Source: Ascidiella aspersa
Taxonomy: Eukaryota
Direction of reading: 5' to 3'
Assembly: GCA_963924565.1 (NCBI GenBank)
Contig: OZ004612.1
Coordinates: 11,098,001-11,162,000 of the forward strand
Length of the DNA: 64,000 nucleotides
Below are positions 13,301-25,576 of the stretch, one piece after another; position 1 is the stretch's first letter; each line of letters begins with the position of its first letter. The notes under the pieces are model-generated. The model was given only the letters and a program-made list of their open reading frames with translations, was not told the origin of the DNA and ran no database searches. The position numbers and the translations under genes are program-made.

Positions 13301-16300
13301 TTGATTTATAAACAATAATAATAATCGCATTTTGAAATTCCAGAGGTGGGCAAATACCCCCCCCACTCGTGGGGGCGCCCATGGCGGGTGCGTAATGTTG
13401 ACACACCATCACACATGCATAAACGTGCGTCGCCTCCCAGTTTTCACGATGCAACGGCCTGCGAGAGTAGAAGGGCGAGAGGGTATTGCAAGGGAACAAC
13501 AATGCAGTAAGTCGCGGTCGGGAACGACCACAAAGCCGCGTGCGCCTTTGAGCTGCTGCGAACCCGATAGGGCCTCGACGACCGCGCTCTTTGAGACTCC
13601 CCGGCCGGGAAGTGCGTCTTCTGTTTCGCGTTTATTTTTAACCGATGCGCTTAGATTCTCCTTTGCCGTTTTGTTTTCGAAATTATTTCTGTGAAACGTC
13701 TTTTGAGGTTTTGTCGCTGAAGATGGGCTTATGTTTTTCACGTGAGAAGCGATATTGTGATTTTTCGATCATTTATACTATTTGCGATTAGGGTTAAATT
13801 GTGTTTTGTTGTTAGTAGAACGAAATCTACATGAACATCACTATTAAACATCCACAAATAACTAAATTGATGTGTTCTAAATTATGTTAAACAATTATCA
13901 GCTGTAGACTAGAACTCTAATATAGTGAGCTTGAGTTTATATCTAAAACCAAGGAATATCGTTGCCGAATGGTACTGAACTAAAGCATGTTCTTATTTTT
14001 GAATGGCATTACGGGCAAGCAATAATTGCTAACAGCATTTTAAATACTTCATTCGGTAGTGCTTTAGTATTGGCCCCATGCGTTCTCCAACGAAATAATA
14101 ATTGAATACAAGGCTAAAGTTCGTTGGAAATCACTTGGCGGAGTTAGCTTCCCACTCAGACCCAGATCCTGTTTGCTTTTCGACGAAGCAACGGTAAAGT
14201 CGTCGCCTTTTGTGTTTGGCCGCGACACAAGAGTTGCTGTGCACTTTACTAAACCTGTAGCCTCTTGGGTGTATAGGTGGAGTCTGTTTGCCAACACAAC
14301 ACGATGATGAGTTTACATCTCATTTTGACTCGATAGTAGAAAAACAACTAGAGATATCTTAAAGCAAATAGCCGGCCATAAAAATCGTAAAATATTTTTT
14401 TATGTCGTAAAATAATATTATTATTTTTTGTGTTGAAACGGCGATGGTTTATGTGAAATTTATTTTCCGTCATTTTTACCAACCATATAACTCTCGCCTT
14501 AAGAAGAGATTAATTTACACAATTATTTCATTGCTTGCATATCTTTGTCGCCATGAAGTAATTCTAATTAAACAAACTAAAACATTTTGAGGGATTCAAC
14601 ACAATATTGTCACGCGCGCATTTGCATTTGCCAACGGTTTTTACTGCAGAAGGCCCACATGATTGACTGCGAAGCCCAATGTAATGTTTGTTTGCCTAAA
14701 TGCGATATATTTAAAAAAATATAAATAGTCTAAGAGGTATTTTAGGAAGAAGATATGCACTAAGGGGCAGAGTACAATACGAATTAGATTAACGTTGTCT
14801 GTTTATAGCAACATAGCTATATTTGTAAAACCAATACAAACATAAAGATTATGTTCAAGACAACACATGTCGCTTGTCCTGCAAGGGAACCCATGCAAAG
14901 CCACCAGGAGCACGGCGCCACAAATAAGCGTGTTTGGTTACATCCGAGGTGTTTTGTCAAACTCGCCGAAAAGAGAATGGCGATCAAAACATCGCGCAAT
15001 TCAATTTAAAACGTAAAATGGCGTGGTCTCCTCTCAGAGTCGGGCCTACAGTTTATCTAAAAGACAACTTGTTTTTATCCAGCCCTGTTGTTGTTTGCTG
15101 CAGCGGTAACTGTTCCGTGGTAATGTGAACTTGCAAAGGCACTTTTCGCCAAACCTATACTCGCTCGTCAGACGTTCTTGCTTAGATACTGTAGAAGCCA
15201 GTCTTCAACGGCAGTGTTCTGTTTTTTGGGGGAGTGACATACTTTGGTCACTGTGGAGTGAAATCTAAGTAAGGCCGCCCTACGTGGTCGTATAGTAGCA
15301 GGAATTTCTGAAATTGTTTATGAATAACATGGAAGGGTCGACAAGCCGCATTTACGGATCCTTGAGTAACTTTAAAAAAAAACTGTTCGGACGCGTCAAA
15401 AATACGATCCTGTGGCCCTAGCGATACGCATCAATAATGGACTTTCTTATCGCCGACGTTCTTTGCGAAGTTCGACGAATCGCGTCATTCATCGTCACCC
15501 AACTTTATATCCCGTCCAATTTATCAAAAAATCGGTTTTAGTTGTACATGGGGGACAATGCGTCTGATGTCATAACGCCAACAAGTAATAACAAGGCTTT
15601 CACTTACATGTGCTAGTTCGCCGAATAAACTTGATATCGTGCTTCGAAAGAATCCTCTTGACTTGCGGATGATTGATAAGATTGTTAATGGCTTTTTAGT
15701 CGAAATGTACACCTTGCTACGTAAGTAAATGTCTGCAAAATACAACAACAAATCATCTGTACAAAATGTGGACACTGTATTGAAACAAACACATTATAAC
15801 AACTCTGCTAAAGTGCTTAGCTTCTACAAAATTCTCAGGCAAGGCGTACTGAAGTACAATAGCAATACAGATAAATGCGTTACACTGATACACTGAAACG
15901 ATTATCCTATTAACCGTATGTTATTTTGCCGAAAGTGTGCATTGTCTATTTTAAAAAAGAAAAGTTCGAGTCTAAAAGGCGTGAAAAAAGTTTGGTTGAC
16001 ACGCTTCAGCCTTTTATTCGAAATTTTTAAGGCTTCAAAGGCAACGATTAAACGTCAACTTGAAAGTTTAATTACAAGTCGAGCTTCTGTTGTCTCGCGA
16101 TAAATTATTTATTGATTGCCCTTGTCAATCGGTACTAAGTTTGTTTGCAATCAAGTTAGACAAATCCTTTGGGGGCTCACCAAACCGACATACAGAGTGA
16201 CAACAAAAAATTAAACTTTTGTTGGGGGAATTTAAAGTTGAGACGCTCTAGTTTCCCAAACGCGATTGTGAGGATATTGAAAGAATATCGGCCCCTAAAC

Positions 16301-17091
16301 TACTATACAATTTCCTTTAAACTTAGAAACACTTTTATTTGTAGAAAGAAAAGTAGCATTTGTTTGCAATCAGTATATAACCAATAATAAGGATTTAACC
16401 GTTTTTTATTAATTTTTTTTAAATAAGCGTATAGTCAGCTTCGAACCTAATAGAATCCATTTAGGCGAGTATAGGTTCCCAATTGTCATTTATGCGATGC
16501 ATATGAAAAAATGAACCATATCAGAGAGTAATCAGGTCAAATATAGGACTGTGATTTTCAACCTTTCTTGGGTCACCGAACACTTATGCATTATAAAAAA
16601 AATTTGTGAAAGAACAAACGAAAGTTCATTATAATGTAAACAAAAACATTTTGTATCTACTTTATTTTGAAAGTGGGATATCTGAGCCTTAAGCATAAAA
16701 TTGATATATGGACAGTTATCTTCTTAGGTAGCAAACGACCCAAGCAATTACATATACCTATAACTATACAACGAGTATTAATAATTAAAGCACAACAATA
16801 AATGGGACAAATCACGCCCCATTTATTGTTGTGCAAAAGCAATTCGACCGGTTTTCCAAGGAACAATTTTGTCCAATTAATAAACTTCTTGCGCAACACC
16901 TGACGATCTTTCACAGAACACCGTTTCAAAGTTACTAAACTTGAGTATATTTTGTAGCAAGTAACAAACTTGAGTTGGTATTCCACAACACCGTGTAGCC
17001 TATTTTAGGCGGCAATAACACATTTAGGTTTCAAGGCGACACATTGCAAGAATACCGTTTTTTTTTCTATACAGACTTACTCGTTGCACAT
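3450..17091 (-). CDS. RASD: RASD family (Dexras1/Rhes-like) small GTPase, 4 coding exons, 409 aa
   Basis: Exons (minus): 17091-17081 (ATG TGC AAC GA|gtaagt), 9953-9816, 9397-9264, 4396-3450. All are GT-AG, phases 2/2/1 are consistent, total 1230 nt. Motifs: RMVVLGASRVGKT (G1, as in Rhes), YLPTVEDFHRKMYTIRGHTYQLDILDTAG (G2/G3), GDIFLIVYSV, IAGNKAD (G4), DVSAR (G5), LPLEMSPNMHRKVS and PNQRRPS (RASD C-terminal motifs). The 11-nt first coding exon is less certain than the other three. Confidence 0.9.
9264..9397 (-). CDS. RASD: RASD-like GTPase exon (G2/G3)
   Basis: ttttcag|T GAC ATG TAC TTA CCC...ATG ACA G|gtgaa; encodes DMYLPTVEDFHRKMYTIRGHTYQLDILDTAG. Confidence 0.93.
9816..9953 (-). CDS. RASD: RASD-like GTPase exon (P-loop)
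   Basis: cttttag|G GCT GTC...TTC AG|gtgag; encodes RKLRMVVLGASRVGKTQLVSRFIGKPF. Not in the ORF track (too short). Confidence 0.92.
10990..11300. mobile_element. hAT-type MITE
   Basis: TIRs CAGTGCTTCTCAACC / GGTTGAAAAACACTG; 8-bp TSD agttaaag / acttaaag. Related CAGTGGTTCCCAA-type termini recur near 320, 2088, 19393, 25613 and 61268. Confidence 0.75.
12816..13383. mobile_element. hAT-type MITE carrying an internal tandem array
   Basis: Perfect 8-bp direct repeat GCGGGTGC at 12808-12815 and 13384-13391. Right end GGGGGCGCCCATG; left end CAGAAAATTTTCCAGGGGGGG appears shortened. Confidence 0.7.
12911..13352. repeat. Tandem repeat, 4 units of 100-120 bp
   Basis: Units start with AAATTTATGTACAAATCAAT at 12911, 13011, 13111 and 13231; the first two are identical. 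Confidence 0.95.
14813..14935. repeat. Dispersed ~120-bp repeat, second copy at ~17917-18030
   Basis: Both copies share ATAGCTAT...AAAGATT...ACATGTCGCTTGTC.TGCAA.GGAACCCA...CCACCAGG.GCACGG..CACAAATA. Confidence 0.7.
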
Positions 17092-17342
17092 GAGATCTTA
17101 CTGCAATAATAATGGCTGATAACCCGGGTTACAGCAATATTTGGTTCGTTTGAAAAAACGAACTCTCCGCAAATTTTTAACAAGAGCACGAGTTTTTCCG
17201 GTGGATAGAATTTCACAGCTAAAAAACAAGAAGCCTGGCCCCAAACTCTAAAATATCTGCTCGCCGCGTCGCTTTTCGCCAATTGCTAAACCCACATCGG
17301 CGAGAGGTTATATATACTCGGCAGTCGGGGCCGCTTCTCTTT

Positions 17343-17350
17343 CTTTTATA
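17343..17350 (-). promoter_or_regulatory. Candidate TATA box (TATAAAAG) of the RASD gene
   Basis: Consensus TATAAAAG on the minus strand about 250 nt upstream of the proposed ATG at 17091, within a locally GC-richer patch. Confidence 0.5.
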
Positions 17351-18567
17351 ACACCCAAAACGCATTGTTAAGAGAGCGAGAAAGGCTCTCATCGATGCCT
17401 GGTTGCCTCGGTTTGCTTTTTTCTGTCAAACGGCGCTGTGTTTAAGCGTTTTTGGTTCAACAGTTTGTGCCGCGTGCCAAAAGAAATCTAATTTTACACG
17501 ATTTTGCCAAAATTGTACCTTGCAAGATGCAACCGATTGCATCAGGTGAAAATCCTTTCCGATGGGTTTACAGCAAAAATCTGGTGATTGTGTTGATTCG
17601 CGATAATCTTGACGCTGCAATGCGTGTTGATTACCGTGGTATGCCGTATACAACAGGAGTAACCAAACTTTTTTCATAAAGGGCCGAATGTCTAAGGCCT
17701 GACCATCGCGGGCCGGAAAACTGTTAATACTAACGAATATTTTTTTGCATCGCTTTTGCGTTTGCAAACAGATTTTGTTTCGGTAATACGATAACAAAGC
17801 TAAACGTATTGTTTTGCTTAAATGTGATAGAAAATTATAAACAATCGGGTATTTATGTAAGCTGAAATACATAAAGGGTAAGGTAATACAAATTTTTAAA
17901 CTGTTTACTAACAGTATAGCTATGTTTAGACAATAATAAATACAGAAATAAAGATTTTATTTTGAGATAACATGTCGCTTGTCATGCAATGGAACCCAAA
18001 ACCACCAGGCGCACGGATCACAAATAGACGATTATCAAATTAATTTGGTTGGTTCACCAACACAGTAGTTCACAAGGTTAGATTTATTGAAATGTGCTCT
18101 GAGCACGATTTTTTCCAATGATTAAGAAAACTGAACAACAAACGAGAAGACCTGGATCATAGTATATAAATTTGAACTTATTTATGTTAATGTTATATGT
18201 TTTGTTCGCTGACAAAAAGTTCAGTAAAGATAATTGGATCGCCAAAGCTTCGCTGTCATACTTACGTTTATTCCGCGGGACAAAGCGAGTTGCAAGCCAT
18301 CACTGCTTCAATCGTTTTTTAATTGTTTTCGACTACAGAATATATCTGCGTAACTTCAAGGTTAACAAAACTCACTGTCTATTTTTACTGGAAAATAATT
18401 TTTTTTGTAAAAAAAAATGTATCGTGGGTCGGATTAAAGTGGTTGCCCAGTTTTGGTCTAATATGATTAAGCAAGCAACCGACAAAAACAAAATGATTAG
18501 AGGAAGGACAAGAATAAAAAACCATCGGAAAAAGTTTTACCTTCAGCAAAAATTGTAAAAAAAGTCT

Positions 18568-19090
18568 GACCAACGTTTTTCGTGGCAAATTATATCGAAA
18601 ATCAGCGAAGAAACCAAGTATGTTTGACAACTAGTAAGGCATTTGACTAAATGTTTTTTTTGTGAAGGCATATTCTTGCCTAAAATTCACAAAAGTCGAT
18701 CGAAGTTATTGATTATACCTCTAAGCAACGATGCTTTTCTTCCAGTCAACGGCCACCTAGTGTTAAAAAAGTGGAAATCCTATTGTTGAACTAATAAGGA
18801 AAAAAGATTTACCGTGATATAATTAGAAGATGCTGATCGAGCATGAGATGGCCGCGCGAGCAGGTGATATGCATCAGGGCGTCAGATAACACAGGGCTTG
18901 CTAATCAATGTTGGGTACACCAAGTAAACAGCAGCGAAGCTTAATGCTGTATTATTATTTATTGTCGATGTACAGGACCGGCCGCTCGTTAATTTTGTGT
19001 TGAAACCGGTAAAAGATTGCCAATTACTAAAAATTCCTTGTCAATTTTTAATTGACTTGACTAGTAGGTCGGCTGTTGAAATGCGTGATA
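18568..19090. repeat. Old direct duplication; partner is split between ~20816-21180 and ~22015-22250
   Basis: Collinear shared blocks: GACCAAC.TTTTTC.T.GCAAATTATA.CGAAAA.CAGCGA.GAAAC, GCTTTTCTTCCA.TCAACG, GCTTAATG, CAATTACTAAAA-like and CGGCTGTT.AAATGCGT. Confidence 0.7.
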
Positions 19091-20327
19091 GAAGAACAGG
19101 CAGCTCCCTATTACCATACAATCTTTTGGGGTTTTTTTTAGATGTTTCGACGAAAGTAGGATTTCCCCGTTGGTGCATTTTTGACCCTAATAGTTTCCAT
19201 GAGAGTCGTTGTGCTACTTTTTATCTCACCGTTATGTTTGTGTTTGACGTATAAACAAATAAGAAAATGCGTCTGTGGCAGAATACGGTGGTATTGGACA
19301 TTTCAACATTTTCAATATCTTATTTTACTGCGTACACGTCAAACTACAAATAAATTTAGTCTAATTCGATCACCCCCAATGATGTTTTATAGCAGTGGTT
19401 CCCAAACATTTTCGATTGCGACCCAAATGTGAGTATTGTGATCATCTCGTGATCCACGAGACATTGACACTTACATGTAATAAGTTAGTTTTTAATTTGG
19501 TCAACTCTTACCAAACAATTTAAAACTGTTTTTAGCGTTTACAACACTGACATTACGTCCAAACACAATGAGTGTGAAACACAGTCATTCCGCTTGTTTG
19601 ACTAACAATTTTGTGTTTACAAAGTAAAAAGCTGTTAATAGTTTTTTGAGGGCATGGTCCCCCCCCCCTTTTTTTCAACTTTGAGTCGGGCCCCCGTGGA
19701 GTTTCATATTCACTAAACTATTTATCTCTAATCTAGTTTCGTAATCAACTAAACTTGACTTGTGAACTTAATCGTGATTTAAACTGATCTCGACAAAACT
19801 GCTTATGAGGCAATGAATCATTTCAACAAGATAGAGTAAAATAAATGCGTTAGATAAAACAACTTAGTTTATGTTGGGATGAAACAAACTCGAATGGAAT
19901 GATTATTTTTGGCACAATAGAAATTCAAGAAACTATTTGCATTAACGTCTAATTGAAATAGGCAAAAATAAAAAGTATTGTGGGACATTGCCCCGTGCAT
20001 AAATTCTGGCATGCAAAGATAATGGAAGATATTTTGCTAAATCATTTTTTTTTAATTTTTTTTATAACCAAGTCAACTATTCACAAATCAGTCGTGTCTG
20101 ACTCGCTTTTAGTCTTTAATAAGCTTACGGCGGTGATTTTTTTGAAAAAATGTCAAAATAGTTATGTCGTAAAATTCGTTCTTTTTTTCGAAAATACTTT
20201 TTTAAATAATCGTTCAGTTTAAAGTTGTTTCAAAATTTAGTTATGAATTACATTGAACTATAATTTAACAGCAACGTGTCCCACTTAAAAAATAAAAAAA
20301 AAAACAGAAAATTGTCCTACAGCTGTA

Positions 20328-20517
20328 TGCCACACACGTCGTTTATCAACAAAATCGCAGAAAATCGGCATGTTATTTATGAATGATATATGGTTCACCT
20401 CTAACGAAGCTATGGAGAACAAGAACAGTCGAACACCAAGGACACCGCACACCTGCCCAGATGAAGACGGGTTTATTTTCGGAAGCGATCAGTCATCTAC
20501 CGCTAAAGATTTGTGTC
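20328..20517. repeat. ~190-bp near-identical repeat, second copy 23342-23540
   Basis: GAATGATATATGGTTCACCTCTAACGAAGCTATGGAGAAC and GACACCGCACACCTGCCCAGATGAAGACGGGTTTATTTTCGGAAGCGATCAGTCATCTACCGCTAAAGATTTGTGTC are identical in both copies. Confidence 0.9.
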
Positions 20518-21493
20518 TAAATCAAATGGGGTCTGGTTAAAACACAATTTTTTTACAAATTTAAAGACATTCAAATACTTTTCAAATAAAATTTGTTGGT
20601 TTTTATAAAGACTTTTAAAAACAAAACATAAATGTAATGGAGTTCAAAACAAAGTAGGCTAGGTTTAGTACGGTACAAAATGGTTTAGCTCAAAATCAGG
20701 TGTTTTAGTGACAACAAAGCCACTGGAAAAGGTTGGAAACTACTACTTTTTAAATGACGATAAATATTTAAAGTGTAGTTAAACATTGTGTTTTCTACCA
20801 GATAAAAAAACGTTTGACCAACATTTTTCATAGCAAATTATACCGAAAAACAGCGAGGAAACTATACGTATGTTTGACAAATGATAATACATTTTAAGAA
20901 ACGGGTTTTGTTAAATTCTTGCCTAAAGATGTATTTGGCAAAGACAAAAAATTGAAAAAGCTAATCGAAGTTAAATTATTGATTACCTCTAAACAGCGAC
21001 GCTTTTCTTCCAATCAACGCCAACCAAGTGTCAGAAAAGTCGAAATAATATTTTTTAACTAAAAGGAAAGAAAACGATTAATCGCTATAATTAGCAGGTG
21101 CCGATCGAGCGTAAGATGCTGTGCATCCGGGCAAGCGGGTTTTAACAATAAGAAGTCTTGCCAATGATAGTTGGGTATAGTTAATGTTGTTCAGGAATTT
21201 TATCATTTGTTTGGTGTCGTTTTTGTCTTATTTTTACTTAACTTCTCTTGCCTCTTCAATTCACCTCACCTTTGACCATTTTATAACTTATCTAATCACG
21301 TTTACCTGTTGAAACCTTTCTATCTTTCGTTACTGTAGCCCTCACATCTGTTTCTTTGGGCGTGTAGTTTTGGGAAGGCTTCATAATAGTTTCAGATAGT
21401 CTTCGTTTACGACCGATTTTGGTCGCTGATGGTTGCTTTATATCACGCCCTTTTATTGTTTTATGTTTTATATTTAAGTTCGCCTGTATCGCC

Positions 21494-21900
21494 CATAGGC
21501 GTAGCCAGGGGAAGCCTCAGGGGCCATTGACCCCCCAAAAAAATTTATAAATATTTTACTCTTAATAACTTGTTCCACAACAGTCGATCCACAACAGTAC
21601 CACAACAGTCGATCACAGGCATGCCACACCTTCAGTTGTCATACATTGTTACGTCACAAACGATGTAGTTAATATAACGTTTTCTATACAATAATGTAGT
21701 TTACTATTTTTAGACTGTTTTTGCTCCTTGACTGTTTTTTGAGTATTACGTTAACACTCAGTCAGTTGCTGCTCGAAACGGTTTGCTAACAATGTTATTT
21801 CTGTTTGTTACGGCAGTTAACACAATGACAAAAGCTAAACAAAAAATTCCAACTTGTTTGCCCCCCCCCCAAAAAAAATTTTCGGCTGGCTACGCCACTG
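21494..21900. mobile_element. MITE with CAGTGGCGTAGCC-type TIR
   Basis: Left CATAGGCGTAGCC, right GGCTACGCCACTG; imperfect TSD gtatcgcc / gatcgcc. It interrupts the second copy of the old duplication. Confidence 0.7.
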
Positions 21901-24426
21901 GATCGCCCTATATTATATACAACACCGAGACGTCTGGTGTATTGTTCAGGCATCAGTCAAGCCTTGAAGTACGGATTCGATACTTTTAGCGTAACAATTA
22001 ACACGAAGGAAACAGTAGCGTGGCTTAATGATGAGCCATCAATCAACTCAACATTGAGTTGATTAATACGCACGTTGCACTAAAATTTTTCTGCGACTAA
22101 TTAACAAACACCAAAGGTCGTGATTATATTTTGTTTATGTGAAGGTCCGGTAGGCCGGTCGGTTGTTAATTTTTGTTTAAAAACAAATTACTAAAAATAA
22201 AAATACATTTTTTAAATTGCTTTTGCTGATAAGCCGGCTGTTTAAATGCGTTACCTATAGTAACCACAGTTAGGAATAAGATCAAAATAGGACTTCCACC
22301 TAACAGGCGTAATAACACCTAAACCGGAAGTCAAAATCCGCCAAAAAACGTAAATGGTGAGAAAAAGGCCTATACAACATTTTACCGAACCTCAATTCTA
22401 TAAAACTTTTAACCCTAACCCATACAATTTCTAAACCCACCGATTACACACCACTAAATACAAACAGCGACGCTGTTTACTAGGGCGCGCAAAGGTCGAC
22501 AACAAATCGGCAAATGGCCCACGATCGTCCCACAACCTCTCCCTACAGTTTAAACGGTTTAGGTATTATTCATACGATTGTAGATCTGTCGTGGATATTT
22601 CAGTCTGTCGTGGATATTTCTGTGTATTTGACCTTATCACCAAAGCAGCACTTCATATTACGACGTGTTGTTTAAATTATTGAGTTATTTTAAGGCCAAA
22701 TTTTGTCAAAAAAATATTTATAAGTCAAATTTTTCATTTTTGAGGTTGAAAAATAATTAATTAATTGACCTATACTTTTAAAAGTTATTAAGCTTGTGAT
22801 CGCCAGTTCTTCACAACAAAGTTGATGAACTGTGGTTCTCACTATTTCACTATATATTAGTCTACAATCAAAGTACAACACGTATAAATATTACGTCACC
22901 AATGACGAAAACGACCTTGATATCGTCTCCATTTTAGGCCGGTTAGGTTATAAACCGCCATTTGGGCCAGTCTAACTTATTGTACCCTTGCGCAACTTGC
23001 TCCACACTAAAACATAAACGTATCCATACAAATAAATTTATTACGACGTCACTGTATGATAAATAAACAGCGCGCCCAACAAACTTGGCAAAAAATAAAG
23101 ACATAAATAGGCATTCGATAAAGATGGAACAACGTCGCATCACGTAAACGTCCCAACAGATATTTTCTATTGGCTTTGCACGTTTCCTGTCTTTTTAAGC
23201 AATTCGAATATTATGTCCTATATTGTGGATGCGATTTGCATTGCGAAGACGCTGATGACTTTTTGTGTCCGACTACGATAACAACGCGTTGCAAATTAAA
23301 AGTTGGAAAAAAGAGTAAATTTTCCTGCAGGTGCTGGAGGTTGCCACACACGTCGTTTATCAACAACAACAAAAATCGGCGAAAACTTGGCATATTATTT
23401 GCGAATGATATATGGTTCACCTCTAACGAAGCTATGGAGAACACGAATGGTCGAACACCCAACGACACCGCACACCTGCCCAGATGAAGACGGGTTTATT
23501 TTCGGAAGCGATCAGTCATCTACCGCTAAAGATTTGTGTCGAAATAACATAGGGTTAAAGAAAATTTACGAAACAAATTTCAAGACCTTTTCAATTAAAT
23601 TTGTAGGTGTTTAACGAACTGAAATAAATCACTTGACGTATTTAAAATTTAATTCGAAAACACAAAACAGTAGAAACGCCACGTTCAACACAAAATGTGA
23701 AAATATGGCACTTTGAAAACACATAACTTAATTAAACTAAATTTAAGACTATTGAAAGGCTTTTGAAAAAACATAGGGTTTTTCAACATATTTCAAAACG
23801 TGATTTAAATCAAATACGTTTAAAGACTTTGTGGCAACCCTGAATACAGTTTAGGAAGTAATAAACGACGAAAATTAGATCACATACAGGGTTAGCATCC
23901 AAAAGTGTTCTAAAAAGCGACGTGACATCGCTTGTTGCGAATGACTCTTAATCACTTGAAAGTCACATTCGTGAGGAAATAATACAGCCAAAAAATCTAA
24001 TCGTAAGCATAATGAAATACTTACACAGGTTTTATTATTTTAATTTTTCTGTATGTTTGCACTGCAATTTTTAAGAATTCATTTTCAGGGAAAGGGTTTG
24101 ACTTTTAATTGGTTTTGTTGTAGTACGTAAAACGTGAAAAATATACCACATTTTTTCGTGTACACACACAATACCGCTTTACTTCACTAATGTTGTTTTG
24201 CACGGGATAACATCTACTACACGGCCGCCGGCCAATTATAGCAAATGCTCGTGCGCAGTGATCCTGTTTTATTTTGGGAGAAGGAGATCCCGAAATACTC
24301 GATGGATAACCAGCTGTTGGGCTAACATCTTGTGATAGATTGGCTCGCGCACCTGGCAAGGCAGCATAGCAGATCGTGCACGTTTAGCAGAACAACAACA
24401 AGGGTAAAAACACCACGCGGGCCACT

Positions 24427-25576
24427 TTAAGCCACAACGCGCCTAGACCGCTTGAAATTCGCTTCTTCCTCGTAAGACGACGAAAAGTCGCTTTCGCCGT
24501 TGCCACCGCGATGTCGCCTCTTCGACTTGCGCTTGCCATGTCGTTCGCGCTTGCTGGTGCCGCCGTGGTGGCGATGACGCTCCTGTCCCTGCTGATGCTG
24601 TTTTCTGTCGCGATGGTGCTCCGGTCTCTCGCGGCTGCGGTGATGGTGATTGCGGCGCACGGGCGACACGTCCAAGTCGCTGGGCGTGGCGCTGCGCTCG
24701 CGTCGCTGCCGCTTCTGGCGACCGGAACGCTCGGCGCTTGGGTCCCGGGCGCGCTTGTGGTGCTGGGAGCGCTGCTTGGACGAGTCCTTGCGTTCCACTA
24801 CCCTGAACGAGTCGCGGTGTTCCCTGTGTGCTGGTGGAGCACGCTGTTCCTCTTCAGGAGTGATAGATCCCTCCTGCTCAGTTGTCTTCTGCTCGCTAAT
24901 CGGCTCCACGTCGTCTTCGCCGCTGCGGTAGCGGTTCTTGCGCTTCTTCTTCTTTTTCTTCTTCTTCTTGGCCGCCTTGTGCGATTCGACGCGTTCGCCC
25001 TCCGATGCGGCCAGGTCGTCGCTCAGGCCAGACGGGTGAGCCAAGTCGATGACGTCGTCGCTTACGTAGCTATCTTGGCGCGACGAGCGCATCGCAGTCA
25101 CCTTGATCGACTTGCCCTTGACTGAGACAAGAGACGACTTGTCAGCGCCGGACTTCGGGTCAGATTCCTCGAACGCGTTATTGGTGTTACTGCTGTCGTC
25201 ATTGTTGTAGTCGGGCTTGAAGGAGGCTTCATCCGGCTCTTCGAGGGACACCTTTCTGAGACGCAGGTCCTCGTCGCGCTTCGAGTTCCTCCGGAGGGTG
25301 ATCACCATCCTTGCGTCCGGCACTTTTGAGGAGGAGGAGCTGTTATTGGCTTGCGGAGGCGCGGCGTTGACCACTTCCGCTTTTGCGGGCCTATCGATTT
25401 CCGGTTTCTCCAAGGTTGGGGGTTGAGCTTGTTCCTCAACTGGAGGCTTCCTCTTGATTTTGATCCTCCTCCCTTTGATGGCCGACGGCTTGACGGTGGA
25501 AGATTCTTTCTCTGAAGCATCATGCGAGGATTCGGGCTTCTTCAACGCGTTCGCCTCTTCATCTGACTCTTCCCAC
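24427..25576 (-). CDS. RBBP6: RBBP6 terminal exon (Lys/Arg/Ser-rich)
   Basis: gtgcag|G TGG GAA GAG gives ...PKSRWEESD; poly-K NLS-like run; TAA at 24429-24427; AATAAA at 24036-24031. Confidence 0.9.

Noticed and set aside
12911-13352. Tandem array as a CRISPR-like locus
   Set aside because: Units are contiguous with no unique spacers, the context is eukaryotic and there are no cas genes.
13409-13741. 110-aa minus-strand ORF as a possible RASD first exon
   Set aside because: No ATG start and no suitable phase-2 donor found; the 17081-17091 exon fits better.
15425-15492. MNDAIRRTSQRTSAIRKSIIDA as an alternative RASD first exon
   Set aside because: In phase, but the donor (GC|gtatcg) is weak and there is no promoter support. 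It cannot be fully excluded.
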